A stretch of 63,659 nt of DNA, the filler included, from Phoronis australis (Eukaryota; Animalia; Phoronida): NCBI GenBank assembly GCA_002633005.1. It is 4 parts of 4 records of this genome, joined end to end, with 100 filler letters (N's around TTAATTAATTAA, not from the genome) between each part and the next. Parts side by side here need not be neighbours in the genome. Positions count along the whole stretch, not along the records: positions 39,936 to 62,027 come from NMRA01001397.1; positions 62,128 to 63,659 come from NMRA01000376.1; 2 more parts are not named here. One strand, given 5' to 3'. Below, in pieces: positions 52,154 to 63,659 of this stretch; within the stretch, counting starts at the first letter, position 1, and every line of letters begins with the position of its first letter. The translations under genes were made by a program, and so were the position numbers. The notes beneath the pieces are model-generated. The model was not told the origin of the DNA. It worked only from the letters and a program-made list of their open reading frames with translations, and searched no databases.

Positions 52154-52759
52154 GTTGAATGACTAGTAAATGAAAGCAAACTACGACGGAACTTAACACA
52201 ACCGAGGTAGAACAATGACTGAGTCGGCAGCTCTCACAGTCAGACTATATGAAAAGAAATTGGCACGAAATACTTGCCTCCTAAAACGTCACTTCCGGAG
52301 AAGCGGACGAGTAATTAACACAATTACGAAAAGCTGTAATTAAGTGGAAAATATGTCTAGGATAACCAACCAACCTTATTTTAGCTCAAAATGACATGAA
52401 AAAAGGTTGCCTTCGCCTTTAAAGCACGTGGCCAGGAAGCGCGCGCTACATATATGTAGGCCTGCTACTCTGGCAAATGAACTGATGACACACGCGCTCG
52501 CTGACTCGACACACACACGTAGACAAACTTCAAAACAAATGTCACGTGACAACAATGTGTGTTCGTCCAGATTTTTCTTGTGTTGCGAGTTGCAGTCTAG
52601 TGCAGATTTGGACTTAGTCTGCAGTTAATCCCGACTCCAGAGGAACTTAAAAATCTTAGGGATGCTATTTGGAAAACTTAAGTAGGATTTCAGGTTATTT
52701 GTTGAGTTGAAACTGTTTTTACTGAAGAATTCAAGTTGCCTTATCGACGATCGCTAGGC

Positions 52760-53125
52760 ATATATGTTTTCAATGTGAAGAGGACGTTTGATGATGGTGA
52801 CTGACTACTGTGGCGCCACCTAGTGGTAGTTTTGTTTTGCGCCCATAGCTATATCTTCAAAACCCACCGCAGGATCTTTATGAAATTTAGTAAGTCAATT
52901 TATACGAAGATAACAGACGACGACTTTTAGGCAGATGGAACGGATGCTGTGCCCACAAGTGGCAATTTCATTTTGTTCTGTTTTCCTTGGTTTCTCTGAA
53001 GTTCCTTGACAGATTTTTATGAAATATGATGTGTTCCCATTTTTGGATGGATTGTACATTTTTGCGCCATCTAGTGGCCATTTTTATGATTCAAATAAAT
53101 AACCCTAAAAGCACTCCATTTGCGA
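52760..53125 (+). mobile_element. Helentron internal/3' fragment (matching 5' stub at 50407-50437)
   Basis: GCGCCACCTAGTGG and GCGCCATCTAGTGG monomers, AACCCTAAAAGCAC pre-terminal block. Confidence 0.7.
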
Positions 53126-54909
53126 ATGGCTTGGCAGGTTTTCAGAGGGAGTATGCGCCACAGATATAATGCTCAAGCTGCCAATGAAACTCCTTATAAG
53201 GCAATAAGATGAGCTCAGTCAATCTCGTTGGGCCGGTTGCACCAAAGTAACCAATAATATTCTTCTAAGTGAGAAATGCCAAACAACAACCAGTAAGAGT
53301 CATGAAAAGCGTTTCCATGCAAAGGTCTGTTGAGACTGGGTGTCAGTGAGTCAGTCCAGTGTTGTGGGGCCCACGTAATTTTGAAAAATGTGCTACGAAA
53401 ATAAAATGCTGGCCACCCAAAAGGCGGCCGTTGTATAAACTCCTGGGCAATGGTGCCTTTGCTGACTGGTTAGACTGTGCAGAACTAACCACTGAGCCTT
53501 AATTATTTTCAATGGGTTATATGATCATTTGTCCACTGAACACCAAAGGTGACTTCAAAAGTGATTAGGCCTAACTAAGGATAAATGGCTTTCCTGCTGG
53601 AGCTTAACTCCAGTAAGCAGGTAGTGGATTAGGCTTGTAGGTGGCACTGTGCCTTTGTTTAAGGTCAATTGGCTATGACTAGTTCTTACAGCTGAATTGA
53701 AAAGATGATTGAGGGATTATTTACAAGGGGACAAGCAGTGTTACACCATAACTATACTAGTGGCCCAGACCAGCAGGCTGCTTGAGTGAGATCCATGATA
53801 GGCTTTGGACAACTGACCACTAAGCATTTATTCAGTTTCAATGTGATGTAGGCAGTTGCCATCAAACATAATTTGAGGCAATGAAGACCTCATTAACAAT
53901 GGCAAAGCCCTTTTTACAAACTGGTCTCTAATTTTTTAAACCGGTCGTAGGATTGTTAAACAGGACGCCGGAATTTAAACAGGATGTGCGTTCGGCCAAA
54001 CAGGACGCTGCGACATGTTAAAAGCGGTCGCGGAGAACACTGACTCCCTCAGAATCAAACACCGTTCTATCATAAGGACACTTCCTTGACACAATATTAT
54101 GGCGACTCGGTGAATGAGGGTATATATGCTATGTACTTGGCAGGAGATTCGATTTGAGTGACAGCCCTGTAATCTTTGACCTCGGATAAGTAGTAAAAAA
54201 ATATCCATGCGGTTGTGTGGTTCCAAGGTAGTTATGCTAAATCTTTTTCTTGCTACACTGTATATATTTTCTATTTGAAGTTTCCTGAGAATGAAGATAA
54301 GGTATTTATCTAGACATATGAAATATTGTAAAAATGGCAAATTTTTATGAATAAGATTTGAGATATCCTTAACCACCACTCATTAATAGCTAACACATGA
54401 AAAATTTTGATGCAATTGGTCCAACAATGCGCCCTATACAGGACAAATAGAGGTGCCCATGCACAATTGCCGATATATGTCCACCATCTTTGACCAGAAG
54501 TGAATGATTTTTGCCACATCTGTAGTAAACATCTACTACAATTATCATTTTGATTTTCAGCCGTGTATGTTAAAAATTGCGGCCTATATGAGCATTTAGA
54601 TCTGAATTTGAAAATGAAATGACCACCACGTCCACTATCTTGAATCCGATCATGACGAAAAACAGTAGGCTTCCAGTTCTTTTGGAACTACAGATTGTGT
54701 GTAAATTTCATGCAGATCAGATGAAAATTGCGACCTGTATCGTGTGAACAAACAAAAAAAACTTAGTGTCAGAGAGACAAGTGACAAAAACCCAAATAAA
54801 TGTTTGCATAAAGAAATCTGTAGGAACCGATAGCTTGTTTGTTGTTTTTTGCAACATATATCTGGTTTAAAGATAGTGATTGGTTTTCTCATAACTTGGA
54901 AGTATGTAG

Positions 54910-55122
<213 letters not shown>

Positions 55123-55152
55123 TAAATTTTTTTTTGCATACTACTCACCGCA

Positions 55153-55470
55153 TTTTGGTGCGCCCACCTATTTATATGTGGATGCATTATGCTGTCATCT
55201 CCGTCCGTCCGGCGTCTGCTGCACTATCTCCAAAAGCCTTTGACATATGTTCATGAAATTTTGCACATGTGTTTATTTAATGGATGAGACGGCAGGAGCG
55301 AACTTTCGCACAGATCTGACTACCGGTGTGCCCCTAGCGGCAGGCTTTAAATTTTTTAGGCTTACCTCTGTATCTTCAATAGTCCTCTATGGATTTTCAT
55401 AAAATTTGGCATATAGGCATACGTTAGTAAGATGGCGCTATCCTGTAGTTTGCAAATGGATTCAATTTTT
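55153..55470 (+). mobile_element. Helentron 5' fragment in TENT4 intron
   Basis: GTGCGCCCACCTATTTATATGTGGATGCATTATG + GTCC repeats + first monomer. Confidence 0.75.
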
Positions 55471-56983
55471 CCGTCTTTTTTTTTTTGGCGTCTCCGTTTT
55501 GTGATTGGTCAGTTGCATTTTTTGTGAACTACTGGCCTGTGAAAAATGCGTTTACTTGGTTTTGTATTCTGGGATATCGTATGCTTTGAAATCGTGTTAA
55601 GGTGTATAGAGCGAAACAAGTATACCGATGAATTTGATGACATTTGGAAAGCGGAAATGGAATTAACCACGTTGAATCATGCTGTCTTCGACACTGAGAA
55701 CCGTGACGCCTACAATACCCTTATGGATCAGGAATTGTGAGATATCTGGATTTGTGAGGACATGGTAAAGTGTAAAGAAATCAACCCTGCCATCAGCAAT
55801 AGCCAAAACATCAATTTGACGAATTGAGTTATAACGTAGGCTCAGTGTTGCTTTTTAGTTAAACACCATTTTCAATTGAAAATTGTGGTTTTGGTGTATG
55901 TCCATTTATCTTGTGATTAAAATTTGAATATTCTCAAAATATTTGAAATTATACAAGTTTTCACTTGTAAAATACGGATTTTTAACATGAAGGTTACAGA
56001 TTATGCCCTTAATGGATTGGCAGCTCTGTAAATGTTAAAGATGAAATCTCAAAAACACTGCTACGCTTTTCTGAAGTATTTCATTTTCTATTGATGCAAC
56101 TTCTTTCGAATTTAGCAAGTGTTTTTGAGAACATAAACCATAGTATGTTAAAGTTTCATATCTGAGATATGATGTCCAAATTTGGTCATTTTTCAAGGGT
56201 CCTGTGTAACTTCATCATCCATCTATCTATTGAACTTGTCCCGACTGAAGAATAGATCAGCCAAGTTTTGTCTTCTTGCAATATGCAGGTTTTCCTGTCC
56301 GATTGGTTCTGTGGACACTAGCGCACAGGAACACCACCACTTCAAAAAAGAACATCTAACTGTTATGCCTGGTCAAGAATTTCCGTACTTGAAGAGGTCA
56401 TTCAGGGTTGACATATCAGCTGTCCCTCTATGTCTGATGGTCACAGCTGTGCCACCTTGTTCTCTGTACTTTTTCCTTGGTTTGTCTGCCACACATGTGT
56501 GGGTGTGTTGTTGTTTTCAACTTACTGGCTTCAGGTCTGTAACAGCTGACCAGGCTGCCATTTCAATTCATCCGTTTTAATGCTGGTATTCATATGTTGA
56601 CATTCTTTCAAACTGGAAAAGTATTGATAGTCTTGTCCAACTTGCAGAAAATATTAAAAAAAAATTAATGCTGTTCTGAAACAATCCTCACTATTAGTTT
56701 TCCGGAAACGATGAAACTTTTAGGCAGTGACTCATATAGGTGTTGAAAAGTGGGGGCCCAAATTTGCAAGATTAACACTTGCTGAATGTGGGGATTCCGT
56801 ATGAAGCCCCCCTGATGTCAAAAGGCAGGGAGGTAGGTATTCTCCCGTAGAACAGGGCTGCCAGCATGTGCCAATCATCAGTGTGACATTTATGGTGAAA
56901 ATAGGCAGTAATAGTCTTCCATCACCTTATTTTAATTGCCCTTTAAACTTTCTGAAAATGTAGGCCTACAGATTTTTTTTAGA

Positions 56984-58008
56984 TTTTTATGCACCCACAT
57001 ATTTATGTGGTTGCGTATTGCCGTCATCTCTGTCTGGGCATCCGGTGTCCACAGCTATGTCTTCTAAACCCCTCACAGGATCTTGATGAGATTCGGTTGA
57101 TGTGTTCCTATGAAGCTGACGACGGACAACGACGAATTTCAGACCTCTCTGACTACTGATGTGTCCCCTAGTGGCAATTTTATGTTTTTACGCTTACCTC
57201 TGGTCCTCTCAGGTCCTCAACGGATTTTCATGAAATTTGGCAGTTAGGCATCTATTATTGATATGATGCCATCCTACCGTTTTCAGACAGGCTTGAGGTA
57301 CTTTGTGCCACCTAGTGGTCATTTTTACTGTTTTCGAGTCTGTTTTTTGGCGTGCGTCGTTCTATCAACCAAACCGCTTTAGTGATGATTTTGAAAATTG
57401 ACATACATGTTCTTACTGTGAAGAGGATGGCTGATGATGATTTTCCGATGACTTTGACTACTATGGCGCCTCCTAGTGGTAGTTTTGTTTGTTTTTGCAC
57501 CCATGGCTGTATCTCCTAAATGCTCTACAGTATCTTTTTGCTGGTGTATTTATATGAAGTTGACAACAGAAGGTGATGACTTTCGAGTCTTGTTATTTGG
57601 CATCTCCCTCTGTCAACCAAACCACTCTAAGGATGGTTGTAAAAATTGCGATTTATGTTCCTAATGTGAAGAGGAAGTCTGACGATGATTTTCTGATGAC
57701 TTTATCTACTTTGGCACCTCTACTTTGGCACCTCTACTTTGGCACCTCTTAGTGGCAGTTATGTTTTTTGCACTTATAGCCGTTTAGTAGCAATTTCATT
57801 TTTTTGTTTTCATGTTTTCTCAAAAGTTCCTTGACGGAATGTTATGAAATTTGGTAAATAGTTTAAATGGCAGATACAAGTTCTCGGGTGGATTTGACAT
57901 ATTTTGCGCCATCTAATTGCCATTTTTATATTCCAAATAAACACCCCTATAAGCACACCGTTAGCAGTGCATTCGTGAGCACATTTCAACGCTCTGCGTT
58001 GCTCTTGT
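56984..58008 (+). mobile_element. Complete non-autonomous Helentron in TENT4 intron
   Basis: 5' TTTTTATGCACCCACATATTTATGTGG; 3' GTGAGCACATTTCAACGCTCTGCGTTGCTCTTGTT. Confidence 0.85.
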
Positions 58009-58094
58009 TTTCAGTGGTATAAAGTACTTAAATACAAAGACATGAAACATAAATACATGCAAGCGTTCTCACTATTAACGCACGCACGCACGCA

Positions 58095-58097
<3 letters not shown>

Positions 58098-58131
<34 letters not shown>
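58098..58131. repeat. (CA)n microsatellite
   Basis: Directly visible. Confidence 0.95.
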
Positions 58132-58134
<3 letters not shown>

Positions 58135-58337
58135 CTCCCCTCTCATCATACTCGCCCACTTTAAGAAGGATGTTGTCAGGAAAAAGTTAACCAGTTTCTC
58201 CAGGTTGCCTTGTATTCATCTAAATTACTGTTACTTAATAAAATTCTTCTTTGAATGTAAAATTCTCTTTCTAATATCTTAAGAAAATTACAGAAACTGA
58301 GGATCATTTTTTAACACTTAGATACGTAATTAAAATA

Positions 58338-59197
58338 CCGTAATCGTTCGGGTTAACGCCCTGGGCGGTTAAATTGGCGAACCCAAAAAATCGGGGGTGG
58401 GCGGTTAACCAGACATGGGCGCTTAAACGTGAAATTTCAAGAAANNNNNNNNNNNNNNNNNNNNNNNNNNNNNNNNNNNNNNNNNNNNNNNNNNNNNNNN
58501 NNNNNNNNNNNNNNNNNNNNNNNNNNNNNNNNNNNNNNNNNNNNNNNNNNNNNNNNNNNNNNNNNNNNNNNNNNNNNNNNNNNNNNNNNNNNNNNNNNNN
58601 NNNNNNNNNNNNNNNNNNNNNNNNNNNNNNNNNNNNNNNNNNNNNNNNNNNNNNNNNNNNNNNNNNNNNNNNNNNNNNNNNNNNNNNNNNNNNNNNNNNN
58701 NNNNNNNNNNNNNNNNNNNNNNNNNNNNNNNNNNNNNNNNNNNNNNNNNNNNNNNNNNNNNNNNNNNNNNNNNNNNNNNNNNNNNGTGTAGACGCCAGCG
58801 CGGTTCCTAAAGTTTGCGAACATGAGAAGAAAAGAAAGTGACAAAGTGTTCAAGTATTACATTTTGAAGTTAATCGATGACCCGTTACAATAATTTGTTA
58901 CTGGTATCATAATTCACATTGCTAAACCGCGGTCTCTGAGGCCGTCGTTGCACTCAATGTTATCATCGATCTTAATCTAAAAGGTCGGGGATTCGCGTTT
59001 CCTATTAGCACAGGGCGGTAATCACCAATCGGCAAAAGTAGGGGATGGGCGGTTAACCGAGCAGTGGGCGGTTAATTGGAAATCTTCAAAAATAGCAGGG
59101 GGGCGGTTAACCGAGCAGTGGGCGGTTAAATCGAAATTCACCTAAAGTAGGGGGTGGGCGGTTAACTGAGCATGGGCGTTAACCCGAACGATTACGG
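58338..59197. mobile_element. Tc2/pogo-like non-autonomous element, spans an N gap
   Basis: Perfect 24-bp TIR CCGTAATCGTTCGGGTTAACGCCC, TA on both sides, subterminal GGGCGGTTAA repeats. Confidence 0.85.
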
Positions 59198-59229
59198 TAT
59201 TTTAATTGCAAAAGAACCCACTTTAAAAC

Positions 59230-59870
59230 TTTATTTTCATTACTTATGGGTAAGGTAAAAATCATTGTTTTTTTTGTCAATAATCAAATTGGTACTTTTT
59301 ACCCACAACATCCAACTGCATAATTCTTCTATCAATATTTTGATATTATTGCATTTGAAAAGGATGTGATCTACTGTTTCAGTTTAAGTGGCAGAAAGTA
59401 TCAGAATCAACCAAGATATTTTTTTAAGAAAAGAGTTTGTTACAATTATTCTATGTAATAGTTTAAACTGCAGTGTACATAACTTGAAATGGTATGTTGT
59501 TTTAAAAGGCAATGAATATAAATTTTTCCAGTCATTATTTCCAAACTTAAAACCTTCTTGAAATCTTTTGTGGGCAATATGCAAACTTTTGTTCTGGCAA
59601 ACAATTTCGCATATCATTTTACATATTGACGTGCAGTTGGGATGTTTTTAAATTCAGTAAATGAGTAAAACCTGTTATTTTCATAAAGTAGGTCATTAAT
59701 AAAAAGAACATCATCATTAGCGTACTTGCTAAAGAAGATTGATTTTCTGTCTGTTAGTGATTCATTATTATGCCACAAACTTGTTGAGAGTAAATCATTT
59801 GCATCTTTATGGGGCCGTTTACTTATGAAACAAGACCAGTTACTTAGAACTTCGTTTCAAAAGGGATTGG
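59230..59870 (-). mobile_element. L1/Tx1-clade LINE 3' fragment (zf-RVT region)
   Basis: WKNLYSLPFKTT...KLCTLQFKLLHRIIVTNSFLKKI then ETVDHILFKC; upstream NPF..EVLSNW and LWHNNE remnants. Confidence 0.75.
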
Positions 59871-60324
59871 TTACTTTAGTATAATTTGTAATCCCAAAAA
59901 AGAGATTTTTCTTATAGACCAAATTTTTATAAGATTATTGATTTCATCAATCCTCTCATTGTAGTAGATGTCAATCATTTTTTCTAGGCCTACAGATTTT
60001 TAACATGATTATTTGCTTACTTGGTTGGTAGCCGAGAACTTGTCTGTTTAAAATCTGTTTCTTGTGCGTGTAACCTTATTTCCCAAATTATGCTGTTTTT
60101 TAATATGAGCTGTGTTTGCAGTAAAATAGTGAGAATTTCAGATACGTTTAATTTCATACGAACGATTGCTTTTTAGTGGAAACGTTTTGGAAAGACTGCC
60201 ACCTATGGTTTATTTACGTCACTACTACTGCTGCTACTACTGCTTCTACTACTGCTTCTACTACTGTTTCTACTACTATTAATATTTTTATTTTGGCAAA
60301 ACCATACCTTTTTGTCTTCTTCAG

Positions 60325-60371
60325 GTGAAAATTTTTGGCAGCTTTGAGACTGGCCTCTACCTGCCTACAAG
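60325..60371 (+). CDS. TENT4: TENT4 exon with the nucleotidyltransferase GS motif
   Basis: cttcag/gtgagt; VKIFGSFETGLYLPT(S); phase 0-2 continues the 54975 exon; absent from the ORF track. Confidence 0.92.
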
Positions 60372-60974
60372 GTGAGTGACCTTTGAAGTTGACTATTTAC
60401 CCACGAAATAGTCCAGAGCAAATTACAGTAATTCTTCACTTATTTAGCACACAATATAGCCCACAAGTGAAATGCTATTTTTCTGCACAAAAATAAAGTT
60501 TGAGGACATTTTAGTCTATTTTAAGCGTGGTTTGTAGTGCGTTGTTGTCATAAAACAACATTTGCATAAGGATATCTCAAATCTTATCCATAAAAGTTGG
60601 CCATTTTTACAATATTTCACACATGTGACTGTCTAGCAAAAATACCTGATCTTCATTCTCGGGGAATATTAAAATATGAAATATGCATTTTACCGTTTCG
60701 ATCTGATGCTCACATCACGCTTTAATCACCGACTTGATTTTTGTTGTCTATTTCGTACTTGGTTTCTTGATATTCTCCTCGGCGCATGGTGTGAATGTAA
60801 TGAACTTTTGGCCTACTTACTGTTGACTCCGCCTTCTGACCTAGATAACGCAAGGTACAGGAAGCCCCACTTCAAAATTTAAATGTTTTGGTGATAAGTA
60901 AGTTAATTAAGCACCGTAAATTCCGTTGACATTACCAGTGATTGTTGAAATATTAAACATGGTTAAGGCATGTA

Positions 60975-62027
60975 TGAGGGTTGTTCAATAAGTTCTCGGC
61001 CTCACCAAGAAAACTGAGATGCATGTTAAATTTTTTTCACACCGTAGTAAAATTTCATCTTTTATAACAGCTGAATTAGTACAGTCAATTGCCGCTAGGT
61101 GGCGCTGCTTCAAAAAGCAGACAACATTTAGCAGCATGGAGAGAACGGAGACGAGAGCCGTCATGAAGTTTATGTGTAAAAAAGGAATGAAACCAAAAGA
61201 TATTCATGAAGAGATGCAAAAAAAACACTTGGAACAGACTCCCCGAGCTACTCCACAGTAAAAAAGTGGTCAGCTTGTTTCAAGAGGGCGTAGAGAACGC
61301 GTTGAAGATGACCCTCGTCCAGGACGTCCCAAATTGCCGACCTCCATTGAAAATATGCTGAAAATTCATGCAATATTTATGAAACACAGGCGAATGACCG
61401 TTCAACATTTGGCAAGCACTGTTCGCATCAGCAATGGGTCCGTCTCTAAAATTTTGAGTGAAGATTTGGACATGAGTAAGCTGAGTGCACGATGGGTGCC
61501 AAGAATGTTAACTCAGGATCAGAAAATGAGCAGAATGCAAATTTCAAAGGAACTTCTAAGAAGATTCCAAGCAGATCCAGCCAAATTTTCCAGAAGACTT
61601 GTAACCCAGGATGAGACATGGGTCCACCACTATGACCCGTAAACAAAACAACAAAGTAAACAATGGAAGCACGTGGGTTCCCCAAGCCCGAAAAAGTTCA
61701 ACTTGGGTGCCTCTGCGAGCAAAGTTATGGCCTCTGTGTTCTGCGACAGTGAAGGTATTCTGATGATCTACTACTTGCAACGAGAACACGTTGTAACTGG
61801 GAATTACTATACATCAGTTTTGGAAAAACTCAAAAAAGCAATCAAGGAAATGAGACGCGGGAAGTTTCGGAATGGAGTGCTGTTGCTTCAAGACAACGCA
61901 CCTGCCCATACTGCCCAAGTTGCGATGCCTGAAGCAACTAGATGTGGCTTTCAAATCCTTCCACACCCCGCCTATTCTTCAGACCTTGCCCTGTCTGATT
62001 TTTATTTGTTTCCACATGTGAAGGCCT
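60975..62027 (+). mobile_element. Mariner (D,D34D-type) transposon with inactivated transposase, cut by scaffold end
   Basis: TA|TGAGGGTTGTTCAATAAGT left end; ATG 61136; ARWVPRML, TQDETWVHHYDP*, LLQDNAPAH, HPAYSSDLALSDF; frameshifts and an in-frame stop. Confidence 0.93.
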
Positions 62028-62127
62028 NNNNNNNNNNNNNNNNNNNNNNNNNNNNNNNNNNNNNNNNNNNNTTAATTAATTAANNNNNNNNNNNNNNNNN
62101 NNNNNNNNNNNNNNNNNNNNNNNNNNN
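62028..62127. other. Artificial scaffold spacer
   Basis: 44N-TTAATTAATTAA-44N. Confidence 0.97.
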
Positions 62128-62249
62128 AACAGCCAATGATATTACAAGAATGCGGATGGAAAAGTGTCCTGTAGCAGACCCCAACCAACCTCGAGGGTCT
62201 GTGCAGGAGACTAGGGCCGATAGGAACTAAGGCGACGTCAGAAATGTCT

Positions 62250-63004
62250 AATAAAGATTGCCACCAGGTGGTGCAGAATACGTCAAATTCCCCCGAAAAC
62301 GGGAGGGCGTCGTCGTTTCTTTAATAGAAACCTACATGTATATGCTAAAATTCAAGAAAATCCATTAAAGAACTCGGAAAATATAGGGACAAACGTAAAA
62401 AAATACCACTGCGTGGCACATCTACAATCGAATTGGTTTGAAACTCGTCGTCATCTGTTCTCATCTTCATTGCAACATATTTGCCAAATTTCACAAAGAT
62501 CCTTTAAAGAATTAAGGAGATAAAGCCGTGGAGGCAAAAAAAACAAAATTGCCACTAGGGATCGACACAGTAGTCGAAACCGTCCAAAACCATCGTCAGC
62601 CGCGGTCTTTTCATCAGGAAAGAATCTATTAATTTTTATAATGATCAATTTGGCGGAGGCGCAAAATACTTCATATCCGTCGAGAAGGCGTCATAGTATC
62701 ATTATTAGAAACCTGTTACCTAAATTTCATGCAAATCCATCACGGAACTCTAAGATACAGAGGCAAACGTAAAAAAACTTAACTTTCCACTAGGGGCAAA
62801 GTCGTAGTCGAATCCGTCCGAAACTCGTGGACGTCTGTTGCCAGTTTTATAGAAAGACATTTGTCAAATTTCATTATGATTCTGCAAAAAGTTTAGGAGA
62901 TACAGCCAAGGACACCGGATGCCCGGACGCGTAGACCCACGGACGCCCGGCAGACAGAGATGACGGCAATATGGACCCACATAAAATTTGTGGCCGTATA
63001 AAAA
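62250..63004 (-). mobile_element. Diverged non-autonomous Helentron, reverse strand
   Basis: Reverse-complement 5' end ...GATGACGGCAATATGGACCCACATAAAATTTGTGGCCGTATAAAAA; CCACTAGGGGCA and GCCACCAGGTGGTGC motifs. Confidence 0.75.
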
Positions 63005-63659
63005 GAATTTGGAACCAAAATAAGCGCGTCTGTCAACCACCCTCCCTCACGGAAGTCACAGGCGTTCTCATTAACTTAAAGTCCTTCTCTCACGCGTTGT
63101 TAACCCTTATTACATGGTTAGAGGATGTTATAAGGATCCAAGAAGTACTTACCCCATAACTAATACACGATCCGTACTCGAAAAAAGTTTAAATGAACGC
63201 GCCACTCACGATTCGCACCCGAAGAACCACCGCCATTTTGAATTTGCCGTGAACCCGGAAATACAATTCATTCAGGAACCCAGGCCGAGAAAACGCCGTC
63301 AGTGCGACTGGAGCAGTGCCTGTATTGTTCAGCCAGCAAACGGGGATAAAATAATCGACAGCGCGCCTTAATTGTAATAAAATCAAAATACGGACAATTT
63401 TATCAAATTTGCTGAAGAAATGTGGCAAATAAATTTTGACAGAAATTATTTTGCCAGACTCGGGACGGCAGCCTATCGGACCCGGTGCCGATCGAGACCA
63501 GACACTGGCGAACGGTAAACGCATGCGGTTGCAAGCTGTTTTGTCGAAGTAAAATGATCAAATCATAAATGGTGCATATATTCAAGGGTAGTTTCATACA
63601 CTTGCATGAAATTACGGGCTGGTTACAAATGCCGGATCTAGGATATCACAAGGGGGGGG

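Larger units (their letters stand above)
50744..52418. mobile_element. Kolobok DNA transposon, internally deleted (1675 bp)
   Basis: TTAA TSD on both sides; ~155-bp near-identical TIRs starting AGGCGAAGGCAACC; convergent THAP and KolX-like ORF remnants. Confidence 0.9.

Overview
Repeat-dense animal genomic DNA, most likely from a marine invertebrate (inference from gene and TE content); it is not prokaryotic. The window is a mosaic of four scaffolds joined by artificial 100-bp spacers (44N-TTAATTAATTAA-44N at 27127, 39836 and 62028), so adjacency across those joins is not evidence of linkage. Four partial spliced genes lie on the + strand, each with consistent GT-AG phases: a CD-M6PR/ATG27-like membrane protein (5 exons, 2113-7264), KLHL10 (3 exons, 8994-11812), a tandem fibronectin type III receptor-like protein (4 exons, 33691-35873) and a TENT4/PAPD5-7 (Trf4-type) nucleotidyltransferase (2 exons, 54975-60371). 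The rest is mostly transposable elements: THAP-bearing Kolobok-type TTAA elements (one with a convergent KolX/P2X7-tail-like ORF), a hAT derivative, a decayed mariner, Tc2/pogo-like CCGTA elements (one with a HIRAN-like remnant), CR1/L2, L1/Tx1 and RTE-like LINE fragments, MITEs and minisatellites. The most striking structure is a family of non-autonomous Helentrons whose internal ~450-bp higher-order repeat is built from three diverged ~150-bp monomers. Each monomer retains a near-consensus CTCF motif, giving roughly 50 co-oriented sites by eye. All family assignments come from motif recognition, not database searches.
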